Assembly (NCBI GenBank): GCA_016703535.1
Contig: JADJBV010000002.1
Coordinates: forward strand, 2,526,152-2,590,151
From: Deltaproteobacteria bacterium
Lineage (GTDB): Bacteria; Myxococcota; Kuafuiibacteriia; Kuafuiibacteriales; Kuafuiibacteriaceae
Direction of reading: 5' to 3'
Length of the DNA: 64,000 nt
Part shown: piece after piece, positions 46,025 through 55,561 of the stretch
How the letters are laid out: every line of letters starts with the position of its first letter
Position numbering within the stretch: position 1 is the stretch's first letter
The notes under the pieces: generated by a model
The model's input: only the letters and a program-made list of their open reading frames with translations
The model's database searches: none
What the model was told of the DNA's origin: nothing
Translations under genes and position numbers: made by a program

Positions 46025-47355
46025 AAGACCGGCGCGGATTTTTGTCGGCCTGTTTGGGCGGCCTGGGCCTCTCATTGGGCGCCTGCGTGATCCCCAGCCG
46101 CCCCGGCCCCCGATTTAGTCCCGCCAACCTTCGGGCCCGAGCGCCAAAGGCCTCCTGTCGCAGCCGGCTCTGCGCGGGGGCCGCGGCCATCGACCTCACC
46201 CCACCGGAAGGTGTTGCAACCTGGCTTGCAGGTTTTGGCTTTCAGCGATCTCGGAAGAGCGTCCGGGATCCGATCTCGGCTCGTTGCCTCTACCTGGATG
46301 ACGGCGAACATCGCTTGGCCTTGGTGGTCGCCGATCTGATCGGCCTGTTGCGGCCCACGGTGCAGCGGGTGCGGGCCTTGGTGGGGGAGGGCGTGGAGGT
46401 CGCGGTGGCCTGCACCCACAACCACCAGAGCCCGGACACGATGGGGTATTGGGGCCCGGCCTTGATGCACCTGGTCCCGGTCAAGACTGGCCTCGATCGC
46501 GGCTATCAGCGGGTCCTGGAGCAGCGCCTCGCGCAAGTTGTCTTGCAGGCCATCAAGCGTGCGGTGCCGGTGCAGCTGGCCTTCGCCCGGGCCGAGTTGC
46601 CGAAGGGCCTGGTCAAGAACCTGCGGCACCCCGGGATCTACGATCCAGCGATCGAGTTGTTAGAGGCGCGCCGCCGCGACGGTCAGGGGGTGGCGACCTT
46701 GGCCCACTTCGGTTGCCACGCCGAAACCTTGGGCGACCAAAACCGGGCCCTTTCGGCCGACTTCCCGGGCCCGCTCCGGGCTCGGCTCGAGGCTCAGCGA
46801 GGGGGCACCGCCCTCTACGCCAACGGGATCTTGGGCGGGATGATCACCCCCGACGTGCCCGACGACGCCGACGCCCAGGCCCGGGGCCAATTTTTGGAGC
46901 ACCTGGCCGAGCAGGTCGCTACGGTTTCCCTCGCGGCCTTGGCCCAGGCCCGTCCCCAGCCGATCGATCGGATCCGGTACCTGCGGGCCGAGGTGGAGTT
47001 GGCCAGCGACAACCCGCTCTACCACTACGTCGAGCGGGTGGGGCTGATCGAGTCCCGACAGCTGGGAGCCACCGGGCACTTCTCGACCGAGGTGGGCCGG
47101 ATCGATCTGGGGCCGGCCTCTTGGGCCTTGGTCCCCGGTGAACCCACACCGCAAGTTGGCTTGCGGATCAAAAACACCATGCTCAAAGCGGGGCGAACGC
47201 ACCCGGCGGTGATCAGCCTGGCCAACGACGAACTCGGTTACCTCTTGGATCCCAGCGAATACGACGACCCGCTCTTCTCCTACGAAGCGACGGTTTCACC
47301 GGGCCGGGACGCGGCGCTCCGCTTGGAGGCCGTCTTGGCTTCACTCCCCGTCTGA
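46021..47355 (+). CDS. Neutral/alkaline ceramidase-family protein with a Tat-type signal
   Basis: MKDRRGFLSACLGGLGLSLGAC, LAGFG...VRDPISARCLYLDDG...LVVADLIG, ACTHNHQSPD. The ATG overlaps the transporter stop (ATGA). Confidence 0.7.
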   Translation: MKDRRGFLSACLGGLGLSLGACVIPSRPGPRFSPANLRARAPKASCRSRLCAGAAAIDLTPPEGVATWLAGFGFQRSRKSVRDPISARCLYLDDGEHRLALVVADLIGLLRPTVQRVRALVGEGVEVAVACTHNHQSPDTMGYWGPALMHLVPVKTGLDRGYQRVLEQRLAQVVLQAIKRAVPVQLAFARAELPKGLVKNLRHPGIYDPAIELLEARRRDGQGVATLAHFGCHAETLGDQNRALSADFPGPLRARLEAQRGGTALYANGILGGMITPDVPDDADAQARGQFLEHLAEQVATVSLAALAQARPQPIDRIRYLRAEVELASDNPLYHYVERVGLIESRQLGATGHFSTEVGRIDLGPASWALVPGEPTPQVGLRIKNTMLKAGRTHPAVISLANDELGYLLDPSEYDDPLFSYEATVSPGRDAALRLEAVLASLPV

Positions 47356-48717
47356 GGGCGCGGGCGTCCGAGCTGCCGCGGCGGTCCGGGCCGCCAAACG
47401 CAGCCCGTAGTTGATCATCAGATCCCCGCCGTAGGGTCCGAAGAAGGTCATCACCTGGGTTTCGTAGCCGTGGAGTTCGGCCCGCTCGGCTTCGGGCAGA
47501 TCGTAGACCCGCCGCGGCACCACGTAGCCAACGTACGATCCATTGAATGGAGTGATCGCCAACTTCAGGCCGGCCCGCCGCGCCGAAGCTCGAGCCCCTC
47601 GGCTCAGGTTGCCGCTCAGCTCCGCCGGCAACTGCAGGATCACCGCCTGATCGATGGCCACCGCCCGCAGCGCCAGCGTTTTGGGCAATCGGGTCAAGGC
47701 CTGCACCAGCGGGCCAAACAAACCGAAGCCCTCGCCGATCCGGTAGTTCACCGTCGGCAGCGGCACGCGGCGGGACAAAAACGCAACCCGTCCTTCACTT
47801 TTGGCCACCGCCTGGGCCCGCTCCAACCCCCGCTCCAGCAACCTGCCGAGCGGCTCGATCAACCAACCTGTATCGTCTTGTTCTCGGGCCGGGTTGCTGC
47901 TGCCGACCCCACCCGCCGAAAAGGCCAAAAACTCCAGGCGTCGACCTTCGAATTGGGCCGCGATCTGGCCGGGGTAGTCGGCCGAGAGCAAGAGGTTGCT
48001 GGCCGGCAAGGTCACCGGGTGGCAGCCGTAACTCCACCACGCCGCTCGTCGACCGTCCTGCCGTTCGACGGACAAGACGTAGAGCACGCCGTCGACCGGC
48101 CCACCTCGTTCGACGCGGTTGGCGATCAAGGCGTCCGGACCCTCGATCTCGCTGACGCCGATCTTCGCGGGGCCTTGTTGGAGCAACGCTCCTTCGACCG
48201 CGGCCACGTGCGCCCTCACCACCGCCCGCCGGCTCTCTTCGGCGTAGGCTCCGAACACCAACTCCCAGATCAGACCTTCGGCGTAAGCACCCGGGCCCGA
48301 GTGGGTGTGGCTGGCGGTGAACAACAAGGCCTCATGGGGCACCAAGGGCGCCAGGGCCTCCCGGATCTCGGACGTCGTCTGCTCATCGAGCAGCAACAGA
48401 TCCGAGGCCAACAACACCACCCGGGCTCGGCCCGCGCCGATCGCCAAGGCCCGGGCGTAGATCGGATCCCGCACGCCTTGGTGGGGTGCGCCGTCTCGTT
48501 CGCCGTAACCCGCCAAGGGTGTGCCGGCCGGGACCTCGATCTCCACCTTGGCCCAACCCGCCTGGAAAGGACCCGCTCCGACCCGAGGCCCAGGGCCCGT
48601 CTGCAATCGATGGATGGCCTCCCCGTATTCGGGCGCGGCGAAGGGCGGCCGGCGATCGACCGCACACCCGAGCTGGGCCCAAACCAACAGCCCTCCCAGG
48701 GCGGCGCTTCGCCACAT
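47341..48717 (-). CDS. Neutral/alkaline ceramidase-family protein (second paralog)
   Basis: Signal peptide MWRSAALGGLLVWAQLGCA, LAGYGERDGAPHQGVRDPIYARAL, VLLASDLLLL, FTASHTHSGPGAY. The 3' end overlaps the first paralog by 15 nt. Confidence 0.72.
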   Translation of the reverse strand: MWRSAALGGLLVWAQLGCAVDRRPPFAAPEYGEAIHRLQTGPGPRVGAGPFQAGWAKVEIEVPAGTPLAGYGERDGAPHQGVRDPIYARALAIGAGRARVVLLASDLLLLDEQTTSEIREALAPLVPHEALLFTASHTHSGPGAYAEGLIWELVFGAYAEESRRAVVRAHVAAVEGALLQQGPAKIGVSEIEGPDALIANRVERGGPVDGVLYVLSVERQDGRRAAWWSYGCHPVTLPASNLLLSADYPGQIAAQFEGRRLEFLAFSAGGVGSSNPAREQDDTGWLIEPLGRLLERGLERAQAVAKSEGRVAFLSRRVPLPTVNYRIGEGFGLFGPLVQALTRLPKTLALRAVAIDQAVILQLPAELSGNLSRGARASARRAGLKLAITPFNGSYVGYVVPRRVYDLPEAERAELHGYETQVMTFFGPYGGDLMINYGLRLAARTAAAARTPAPSDGE

Positions 48718-48806
48718 CGACCCCTCGGCTCCTCGATCGGCTCGGGAACCGCAAGCGGAAACCGGATGGACCGAACCCGCGACCACCGCGGTATAGGGGA
48801 GCGATC

Positions 48807-49433
48807 ATGCGGCGTGGGTGTTGGTTGGTGTTGTTGGTGGCCTGCACCGAAGAGGCCGGCGCTTTGGATCCCCGATCTGGGCTGGACGCGGCCCCCGCCG
48901 AGGTCGGGCCGAGCGATCGAGGTCCGTCCTATGATTCAGCCTTCGACGCCGGCGCCGACGTGGGCTTCGACCAGGACGCGGCTTTCGTTTTGGACGCCCA
49001 AATTTTGGACGCCTTTATCGCCGACGCCAGCGGCCCCGTCGAGTGCACCACCGCCGCCGACTGCACCCAAGCGCCTTTTGGATCGATCGGGACCTGTCCC
49101 AACTCGGCCTGGAGTTGTATCCGGGGGGCCTGCGTCTGGGAGTGTATGGGCGGACGCACCTGCAGCCCGGCCACCCCCACCCCCGGCAGCAGCTGTTTGT
49201 CGTGCGACTTCGGGGTGCCTCAGTGTGCAGGCGACCGTTGCCGGCACGACCTCAGCTCACCCATCTTGGAGGACGCCACCTGCGCCCGGGATTTTTTGCG
49301 GACGCCCGGGACCTGCTTCGGCGACTTCTTGGAGCTGCAGGATGGGACCCTCTGCACCCTCTTGGAGCTGCCGACCGGCGCCCCTCGTTCGGTCTTGGCC
49401 TGCGGCCCCTGCCAGACCCAGTTCATCTGGTGA
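48807..49433 (+). CDS. Cys-rich lipoprotein, hypothetical
   Basis: GGGGAG Shine-Dalgarno, lipobox WLVLLVAC, 14+ Cys in the mature part. Confidence 0.65.
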   Translation: MRRGCWLVLLVACTEEAGALDPRSGLDAAPAEVGPSDRGPSYDSAFDAGADVGFDQDAAFVLDAQILDAFIADASGPVECTTAADCTQAPFGSIGTCPNSAWSCIRGACVWECMGGRTCSPATPTPGSSCLSCDFGVPQCAGDRCRHDLSSPILEDATCARDFLRTPGTCFGDFLELQDGTLCTLLELPTGAPRSVLACGPCQTQFIW

Positions 49434-49524
49434 GGGGTTGCTTGGGCTTCGCCGCAGTGCGGCATGATTCCTTACCCCTCCCTCCACCGTTGACCGATGT
49501 GGGCAAGGTCGGAAGGATGCGGGG

Positions 49525-50775
49525 GTGCTCGCACTCAAAGGTGGACCGAAGGTACGGGAGCGAGCCTGGCCAAAGTGGCCGGAGCACGGCCCCGAAGAGG
49601 TCGCCGCGGTCACCCGGGCCCTCGAAAGCGGGCGTTGGGGCGGGTTCCCGGCGCCCGGACCCGAGGCCTCGCGGTTCGCCCAAACCTTTGCCCAATACGT
49701 GGGCAGCCCCCACGCGGTTTTGGCCGCCAACGGCACCGTCACCCTCAAGGTCCTGCTGCGGGCCCTGAAGGTCGGCGCCGGCGACGAGGTGATCGTCCCG
49801 GCCCTGACCTGGACCGCCACCGCGGCCTGCGCGGTCTACGTCAACGCGGTCCCGGTCTTCGCCGACATCGATCCCGAGACCCTCTGTTTGGATCCGGCTT
49901 CGGTCGAGTCGCTGATCACCCCCAAAACCAAGGCGATCATCCCGGTGCACTTGGGTTCGGCGATGGCGGATCTCGACGCCTTGGTTCAGCTGGCCCAACG
50001 CCACGGCCTGGCCTTGATCGAAGACTGCGCCCACGCCCACGGCGCCCGCTGGAACGATCGGGGCGCGGGTTCGATCGGCGACGCGGGCAGCTTCTCCTTT
50101 CAGTCGAGCAAGCTGCTCACCGCCGGTGAAGGGGGCGCCATCACCACCCGCCACCAAGAGCTGAAGGAACGTTGCCAGGCCTTGATCAACTGCGGCCGCA
50201 AAGAGCCGGGCTACGATCAGTTCGCCGGGCCGGTGTTGGGGTGGAACGATCGGATCACCGAGCTGCAAGCTGCCTTGCTGAGCGCCCAACTGTTGCGCCT
50301 CGAAGATCAACACCAGCGCCGGGCCGCCAACGTGGCCCACTTCCAAAAGCGCCTGGCCGAGTTGGGGCCGGGCTTGGGCCTGCGGTTTCAGCGTCGAGAC
50401 CCGCGGATCACCCGTCAAACTTCGTACGAGACCATCCTCCTCTTCGAAAGTGCGGCCTGGAAGGGCTTGTCCCGGGATCGATTCGTCGACGCCCTGGAGG
50501 CCGAAGGGGTGCCGGCCGACGGCGGCTTTTACGTGCCGATCCCCGATCGGATCGACGAGATCTTCCCGCTCAACGCCCGCGAATATCCGGAGATCCGTGC
50601 TCGTTACGGCGACGCCTTGAGGCCCGCCCAGGTCCACTGCCCGGTCGCCAAGAAGGTCGCTTACGAACAGACCGTCTGGCTGCACCACCACCTGTTCCTC
50701 GGCACCACCGCCGACGTCGATGATGTCGTGGCGGCGATCGCCAAGATCCGGGAGGGGGTCGATGCCCTCCTCTGA
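49525..50775 (+). CDS. DegT/DnrJ/EryC1/StrS-family PLP aminotransferase (keto-sugar / inosose aminotransferase-like)
   Basis: WPKWPEHGPEE...ALESGRW, GDEVIVPALTW, FSFQSSKLLTAGEGGAI (PLP Lys). Confidence 0.88.
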   Translation: MLALKGGPKVRERAWPKWPEHGPEEVAAVTRALESGRWGGFPAPGPEASRFAQTFAQYVGSPHAVLAANGTVTLKVLLRALKVGAGDEVIVPALTWTATAACAVYVNAVPVFADIDPETLCLDPASVESLITPKTKAIIPVHLGSAMADLDALVQLAQRHGLALIEDCAHAHGARWNDRGAGSIGDAGSFSFQSSKLLTAGEGGAITTRHQELKERCQALINCGRKEPGYDQFAGPVLGWNDRITELQAALLSAQLLRLEDQHQRRAANVAHFQKRLAELGPGLGLRFQRRDPRITRQTSYETILLFESAAWKGLSRDRFVDALEAEGVPADGGFYVPIPDRIDEIFPLNAREYPEIRARYGDALRPAQVHCPVAKKVAYEQTVWLHHHLFLGTTADVDDVVAAIAKIREGVDALL

Positions 50776-51877
50776 TCCGGTGCGGATCGGGCTGGTGGGC
50801 TCGGGCATGATCGCTGGGACCCACCTGGCGGCGCTCCAACTTTGCCAACACGCGAAGGCGGTGGCCCTGGCCGACTACGGGCGGGATCGGGGCGGGCGAG
50901 TCCCTCGGGGTGCGGCCTTGGCCGCCGAACGCGGTGTCGTTCGTTATCACTCGGACTATCGCCCGCTGCTCCAAGATCCCGAGGTCGAGGTGGTGTTGGT
51001 CGCGTTGCCCAACGCCCTCCACGCCGAGGTCACCTTGGCCGCCCTCGAGGCCGGCAAACACGTGATCGTCGAGAAGCCCCTGTGTTTGAGCCTGGAGGAC
51101 GCGGATCGGATCGTGGATTTGGCCCAAAAACGAGGTCTGGTCGCGGCCTACGCGGAAGAGCTCTGCTACGTCCCCAAGTTCACTCGGGCCAAGTCGCTGA
51201 TCGAACAGGGGGCCATCGGCGCCTTGTTTTTGCTCAAGCAGCGGGAGATCCACGCCGGGCCCTACTCGGACTGGTTTTTTGATCCCCACTTGGGTGGCGG
51301 CGGCGCCTTGATGGACATGGGGTGCCACGCCATCGAATACGCCCGCTGGATGTTCGGCAAACGACCGGTCCGGAAGGTCACGGCCCAGCTGGAGACCTTC
51401 GTGCACCACCACCGTCGAACGCCGAGCGGTTTGGTCGACGATCACTGCCTGCTCCACTTGGTCTTCGAGGGGGGCGGCGTGGCGGTGTTGGAGGCCGGCT
51501 GGACCTTAAAGGGCGGCATGGACTCGACCGCTGAGCTCCAGGGCACCGAAGGGGTCCTCCACGTCGATCTCTTGAAGAACACCGGCCTGCGCCTCTATTC
51601 GGAGCGCGGCTTGGCCCCCCAGGACTTGTCGCCGGGTTGGAGCACCCCGGATCACGACTCCCTTTGGCAAAACGGTTATCCCCAGGAGCTGGACGACTTC
51701 GCCTTGGCGATCCGGAGCGGCGGGACCCCGCGGGAGAACGCCGCCGACGGGCGGGCGGTGTTGGAGATCATCTGGGCAGCCTACGCCTCGGCCCAACAAG
51801 GCCGGACGATCGAGTTGCCCTATCGACCCGAGGCCGGGGCCCAAAACCCGGTCCTGGCCTTCGCGGAGGGGAGATGA
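50762..51877 (+). CDS. Gfo/Idh/MocA-family NAD(P)-dependent oxidoreductase
   Basis: VRIGLVGSGMIAGTHLAAL Rossmann N-terminus and VIVEKPLCLS. The start overlaps the aminotransferase end by 14 nt. Confidence 0.88.
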   Translation: MPSSDPVRIGLVGSGMIAGTHLAALQLCQHAKAVALADYGRDRGGRVPRGAALAAERGVVRYHSDYRPLLQDPEVEVVLVALPNALHAEVTLAALEAGKHVIVEKPLCLSLEDADRIVDLAQKRGLVAAYAEELCYVPKFTRAKSLIEQGAIGALFLLKQREIHAGPYSDWFFDPHLGGGGALMDMGCHAIEYARWMFGKRPVRKVTAQLETFVHHHRRTPSGLVDDHCLLHLVFEGGGVAVLEAGWTLKGGMDSTAELQGTEGVLHVDLLKNTGLRLYSERGLAPQDLSPGWSTPDHDSLWQNGYPQELDDFALAIRSGGTPRENAADGRAVLEIIWAAYASAQQGRTIELPYRPEAGAQNPVLAFAEGR

Positions 51878-52899
51878 CCGAGCTGTTCCTCGGCGTCGAT
51901 GGCGGCGGGACCAAAACCGTGGCGGTGATCGCCGACGGCACTGGGCATATCGTGGCCGCGGGCCGGGCCGGCGGCTCCAACTACCAGTCGATCGGCGAAA
52001 CCGCGGCGGGGCGAGAGCTGCGGGCGGCCGTCGACGTGGCCTTGCGGGGCGCCGGGGCCCGCTTGGAAGATCTCACCGCCGGGGCCTTCGGGATCTCCGG
52101 CGCCGATCGGGCCCCCGAGATGGCGATCGTCGAGCGGATGGTGGCCCAGGTGTCCCCGGTGGCCCGGCGTTTTGTCGAGAACGACTCGTTGTTGGTCCTG
52201 CGGGCCGCCACCAAAGACGCGGTGGGTGTGGGTTTGGTGGCCGGCACCGGCACCAACTGCATCGGCCGGGATCGCTACGGACGCCGACACCAGGTCGGCG
52301 GTATGGGCGCACTTTCGGGCGACGTCGGCTACGCCGAAGATCTGACCATGCGGGCGATCGGCGGCGCCTGGATGGCCTCTGATGGTCGGGCCGCCCCTTC
52401 CGCCCTGACCGCCAGCGTGCCCAAAGCCTTGGGCGTGGAGTCGATCGAAGACGTGCCCCGGATCTTGGTGCGCGGTGAGTTCCCCGAGCCGATGATCAAG
52501 AAGGTCGTCACCTGCCTCTTCGAAGAGGCGCGCAGCGGCGACGGCATGGCCCAGCGGATCATCGAGGACACCGGGGCCCGCTTGGGCGCGGCGGCGGCGG
52601 CGGTCTTGCGGGCCTTGATGTTGCGTGGCCCCAACGCGGTGGTGGTCTTGGGCGGCGCGATGTTCCAGAGCCCGGGGCACGGCCTCTTGGTCGAAGCGAC
52701 TCAACGCCGGATCCGCCAAGCGATCGCCGAGGCCCACGTGATCCCCCTCGAGGTGCACCCGGTGTTGGGGGCGGTCTTGTTCGCCCGGGATCTGCTCGGC
52801 CACGCGCCGTTGGCCTTCGCCAACCAACTCCGGGCCGAAAACCAAGAGGTCGGCCGCATCTTGACCGAAGCGACCGGTCGGATTCACTCGCCGGCGTAG
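51874..52899 (+). CDS. BadF/BadG/BcrA/BcrD-type ATPase (N-acetylglucosamine-kinase-like sugar kinase)
   Basis: LGVDGGGTKTVAVIADG...AGGSNYQS...GLVAGTGTNCIG. ATGA overlap with the oxidoreductase stop. Confidence 0.8.
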   Translation: MTELFLGVDGGGTKTVAVIADGTGHIVAAGRAGGSNYQSIGETAAGRELRAAVDVALRGAGARLEDLTAGAFGISGADRAPEMAIVERMVAQVSPVARRFVENDSLLVLRAATKDAVGVGLVAGTGTNCIGRDRYGRRHQVGGMGALSGDVGYAEDLTMRAIGGAWMASDGRAAPSALTASVPKALGVESIEDVPRILVRGEFPEPMIKKVVTCLFEEARSGDGMAQRIIEDTGARLGAAAAAVLRALMLRGPNAVVVLGGAMFQSPGHGLLVEATQRRIRQAIAEAHVIPLEVHPVLGAVLFARDLLGHAPLAFANQLRAENQEVGRILTEATGRIHSPA

Positions 52900-53900
52900 G
52901 CTCGGGCGGAGCTCACCTGGAGTTCGATCAGCTCGCCCTCCCGGGGCGGCGGGCCCACCACGTCGACCCGCACGGTCCCCCGTTCGGTCTCGACCACCAC
53001 CTCGCTGCGTTCCCCCAAGAAGGTGGAGCGTTGTACGCGCCCGGGGAGGCCCGGCCCGAGGTGCACCTCTTCCGGGCGCACCGCCAACACCGGCTGGTTT
53101 TCCCAGCCCGGCGCGTAGCTCACCGGCACCTCTCTTGGGCCGATGGGGGTGGTGGTCCCCCCCAGGTTGGTGGCGGTCAAGACGCTGAGGCGGCCCACAA
53201 AACGGGCCACGTTCAGCGAGTTCGGCCGGGCGTAGATTTCGGTCGGCGTCGCCAGCTGAGCCAGTCGTCCGCTCAACATCACCGCCACCCGATCGGCCAC
53301 CGCAAAGGCCTCGGGTTGATCGTGGGTCACGTAGAGCGCGGTGATGCCGGCACCTTTCACCAAGCCCCGGATCTCGTGGCGCATCTCTTCGCGCAACTTT
53401 TGATCCAGGTTGGACAGGGGTTCGTCGCACAAGAGCAGCGCCGGCTGGGCCACCAGGGCCCGGGCCAAGGCCACCCTTTGTTGTTGGCCACCCGACAACG
53501 CCGAAGGCACCCGCTCGGACAGGCCATCCAGCCGCACCCTTTGCAAGGCAACTTGCGCTTTTTCTTTGGCCGCCGGATCCCGCAGCAGCTCCAAGGGATA
53601 AGCGACGTTGGCCAAGACGTTCTTGTGGGGCCAGACCGCGTAGGACTGAAAGACCATGCCCAGCCCCCGGGCTTCGGGGGGCAGGTCGAGGTGTTCATCC
53701 CGCACCACCTTGCCGCCGATCTTAATGGTGCCCGCGTCCGGGCGCTCCAGGCCGGCCACCAGGCGGAGCGCGGTGGTTTTGCCGCAGCCCGACGGCCCCA
53801 ACAAGGCCAAGATCTCGCCGGTGTCCAACCGTAGATCCAAGCCCGCGACCACCGGGTTGGCGCCGTAGCTTTTCTTCAGCCCTTCCAGGTCCAGGCTCAT
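52884..53900 (-). CDS. ABC transporter ATP-binding protein (FbpC/PotA-like, C-terminal TOBE-like domain)
   Basis: LLGPSGCGKTT, LSGGQQQRVALARAL, LLCDEPLSNLD. Confidence 0.9.
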   Translation of the reverse strand: MSLDLEGLKKSYGANPVVAGLDLRLDTGEILALLGPSGCGKTTALRLVAGLERPDAGTIKIGGKVVRDEHLDLPPEARGLGMVFQSYAVWPHKNVLANVAYPLELLRDPAAKEKAQVALQRVRLDGLSERVPSALSGGQQQRVALARALVAQPALLLCDEPLSNLDQKLREEMRHEIRGLVKGAGITALYVTHDQPEAFAVADRVAVMLSGRLAQLATPTEIYARPNSLNVARFVGRLSVLTATNLGGTTTPIGPREVPVSYAPGWENQPVLAVRPEEVHLGPGLPGRVQRSTFLGERSEVVVETERGTVRVDVVGPPPREGELIELQVSSARAYAGE

Positions 53901-55561
53901 GGGCGGGCCCCTTGGGCGCGGCGGGCCCAGGCCTTCAGGCCCAGGTCCCCGGCGATCGCGACCACCACCGTCATGGTCGCGATCACGCTGGCGGCGGGCG
54001 GGTTGGCGTAACTTTGCAGCTCGAACAACAAGGTGCCCGCGGTTTCGGTGCCGGCGCCGAACAACAACACGCTCATGGTCAACTCGGACAAGCAGGGCAA
54101 GGCCACGATCACGAAGGAGGCCACCACCGCCGGCCGCGCCAGGGGCAAGACCACGTCGGTCACCGCCCGCACCGGCCCAGCCCCGGCCACCCGGGCCGAC
54201 TCTTCCAAAGAAGGGTGGAGCTGGCGCAAGGCCGCTTGCGAAGTCCGGATCCCCAACGCCAGGTGTTTGACCCCGTAGGCCACCCACAAGAGGCCCAAGG
54301 TCCCGGGCAAGGCCAAGACGAAGGTGATCCGCTCGGCCAAGATCAGCCGCACCTCTTGGGAAAAGCTGAGGAGCAGGCCGATGGCCAAGACCGTACCCGG
54401 CACCGCGTAAGGCAACTCGGCGATCGCCGCCAGGGCCCGCCCCGGCTGGCTCCGTTGGGCGCTCCGGGCCAACAAAAAGCCCAGGGCCGCCACCAACGCG
54501 CCGGCGCTCACCGCCAAGAGGGTCGCGTTGCCGAAGGCCCGCCAGGTCTCTTCACGGGACAAGACCTCCCGCCATTGTTGAAACGTCAGCCGGTCGAGCT
54601 CGCCAAACGACGCCAAAAACGAGGTGTAGGTGATGGTCCCGATCGGCAACACCACCCCCAGGGCCAAGAAGGTGTAGACCAGGCCGCGCAAGGGACCCCG
54701 GGCCCGACCGGTGCGAAAGGGCGAGGGCCGACTGGCCTTGCCGCCCACTTGGATCACCGAATGACGCCGGGCCCAAAGACCGAGGCCCAGCTGGACCAAA
54801 CCCGCGACGCTCAACAACAACAACGAAGCGATCGCGGCCCGGCTTTTGGCCAACTCACCGCCCAAGCTGACCTCCCGAAAGATCCGGGTGGTCAACACCA
54901 ACACCGGCGGATCGGCCGGCGTGCCCAACAGATACGGCACCCCAAAGGCCGCCGCGGTGAAGACGAAGATCATCCCGGCCGAAGCGGCCAAGGCGGGGCG
55001 CAAGAGCGGCAAGGTCACGGTGCGCAACACCACCAAGGGCCGTCCCCCCGCGACTCGGGCCGCCTCCTCGAGCGAAGGATCGGCTCTTTGCAAGGCAGCT
55101 TGCACTGACAAAAACGCCAGCGGATAGGCCGCCGTGGTCAAGGTCAGGATCATCCCGTCTCGGCCGTACAGGTCGATGATCGGCGCTTCACTCAGGCGGT
55201 TCAGCACCCCGGACTTGCCGTTGCCCAGGAGGGCCCAGGCCATGCCCAGCAGGTAAGGTGGGATGGCCAGCGGCAAGGTCAAGAGGGTGGTGACGCCGAC
55301 GGATTCGCCCCCGACGAAGGTGTCGGTGCGTTCGACCACAAAAGCCAAAGCCGCACCCAAGGGGACGGCCAAGATCGTCACGCCGATCGCCAGGCCCAAG
55401 GTCTCGAGCAAGGCAACTTGCAATTCGGAGCGCAGCAGCTCTGCGGGCCCCGCTGAAAGCGCCGCCCCCAACACCGACACCAAGGGCCAGACGCCAAAAA
55501 ATCCGAGGAGCGCGGCCAAGAGCAAGAGCCCGAGCCACCCCCAACGAGTCCGACGGTTCAT
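53897..55561 (-). CDS. ABC transporter permease, fused double BPD-type domains (Fe3+/FbpB-like)
   Basis: 554 aa, about 12 TM segments, two EAA-like loops (EEAARVAGG, EESARVAGAG). ATGA overlaps on both sides. Confidence 0.85.
   Translation of the reverse strand: MNRRTRWGWLGLLLLAALLGFFGVWPLVSVLGAALSAGPAELLRSELQVALLETLGLAIGVTILAVPLGAALAFVVERTDTFVGGESVGVTTLLTLPLAIPPYLLGMAWALLGNGKSGVLNRLSEAPIIDLYGRDGMILTLTTAAYPLAFLSVQAALQRADPSLEEAARVAGGRPLVVLRTVTLPLLRPALAASAGMIFVFTAAAFGVPYLLGTPADPPVLVLTTRIFREVSLGGELAKSRAAIASLLLLSVAGLVQLGLGLWARRHSVIQVGGKASRPSPFRTGRARGPLRGLVYTFLALGVVLPIGTITYTSFLASFGELDRLTFQQWREVLSREETWRAFGNATLLAVSAGALVAALGFLLARSAQRSQPGRALAAIAELPYAVPGTVLAIGLLLSFSQEVRLILAERITFVLALPGTLGLLWVAYGVKHLALGIRTSQAALRQLHPSLEESARVAGAGPVRAVTDVVLPLARPAVVASFVIVALPCLSELTMSVLLFGAGTETAGTLLFELQSYANPPAASVIATMTVVVAIAGDLGLKAWARRAQGARP

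Noticed and set aside
45007-47355. A 782-aa ORF that looks like one large protein.
   Set aside because: Only the last 444 codons (from the ATG at 46021, with a Tat signal) look like a real protein of the ceramidase family. The first ~338 codons are an out-of-frame read-through of the MFS transporter gene.
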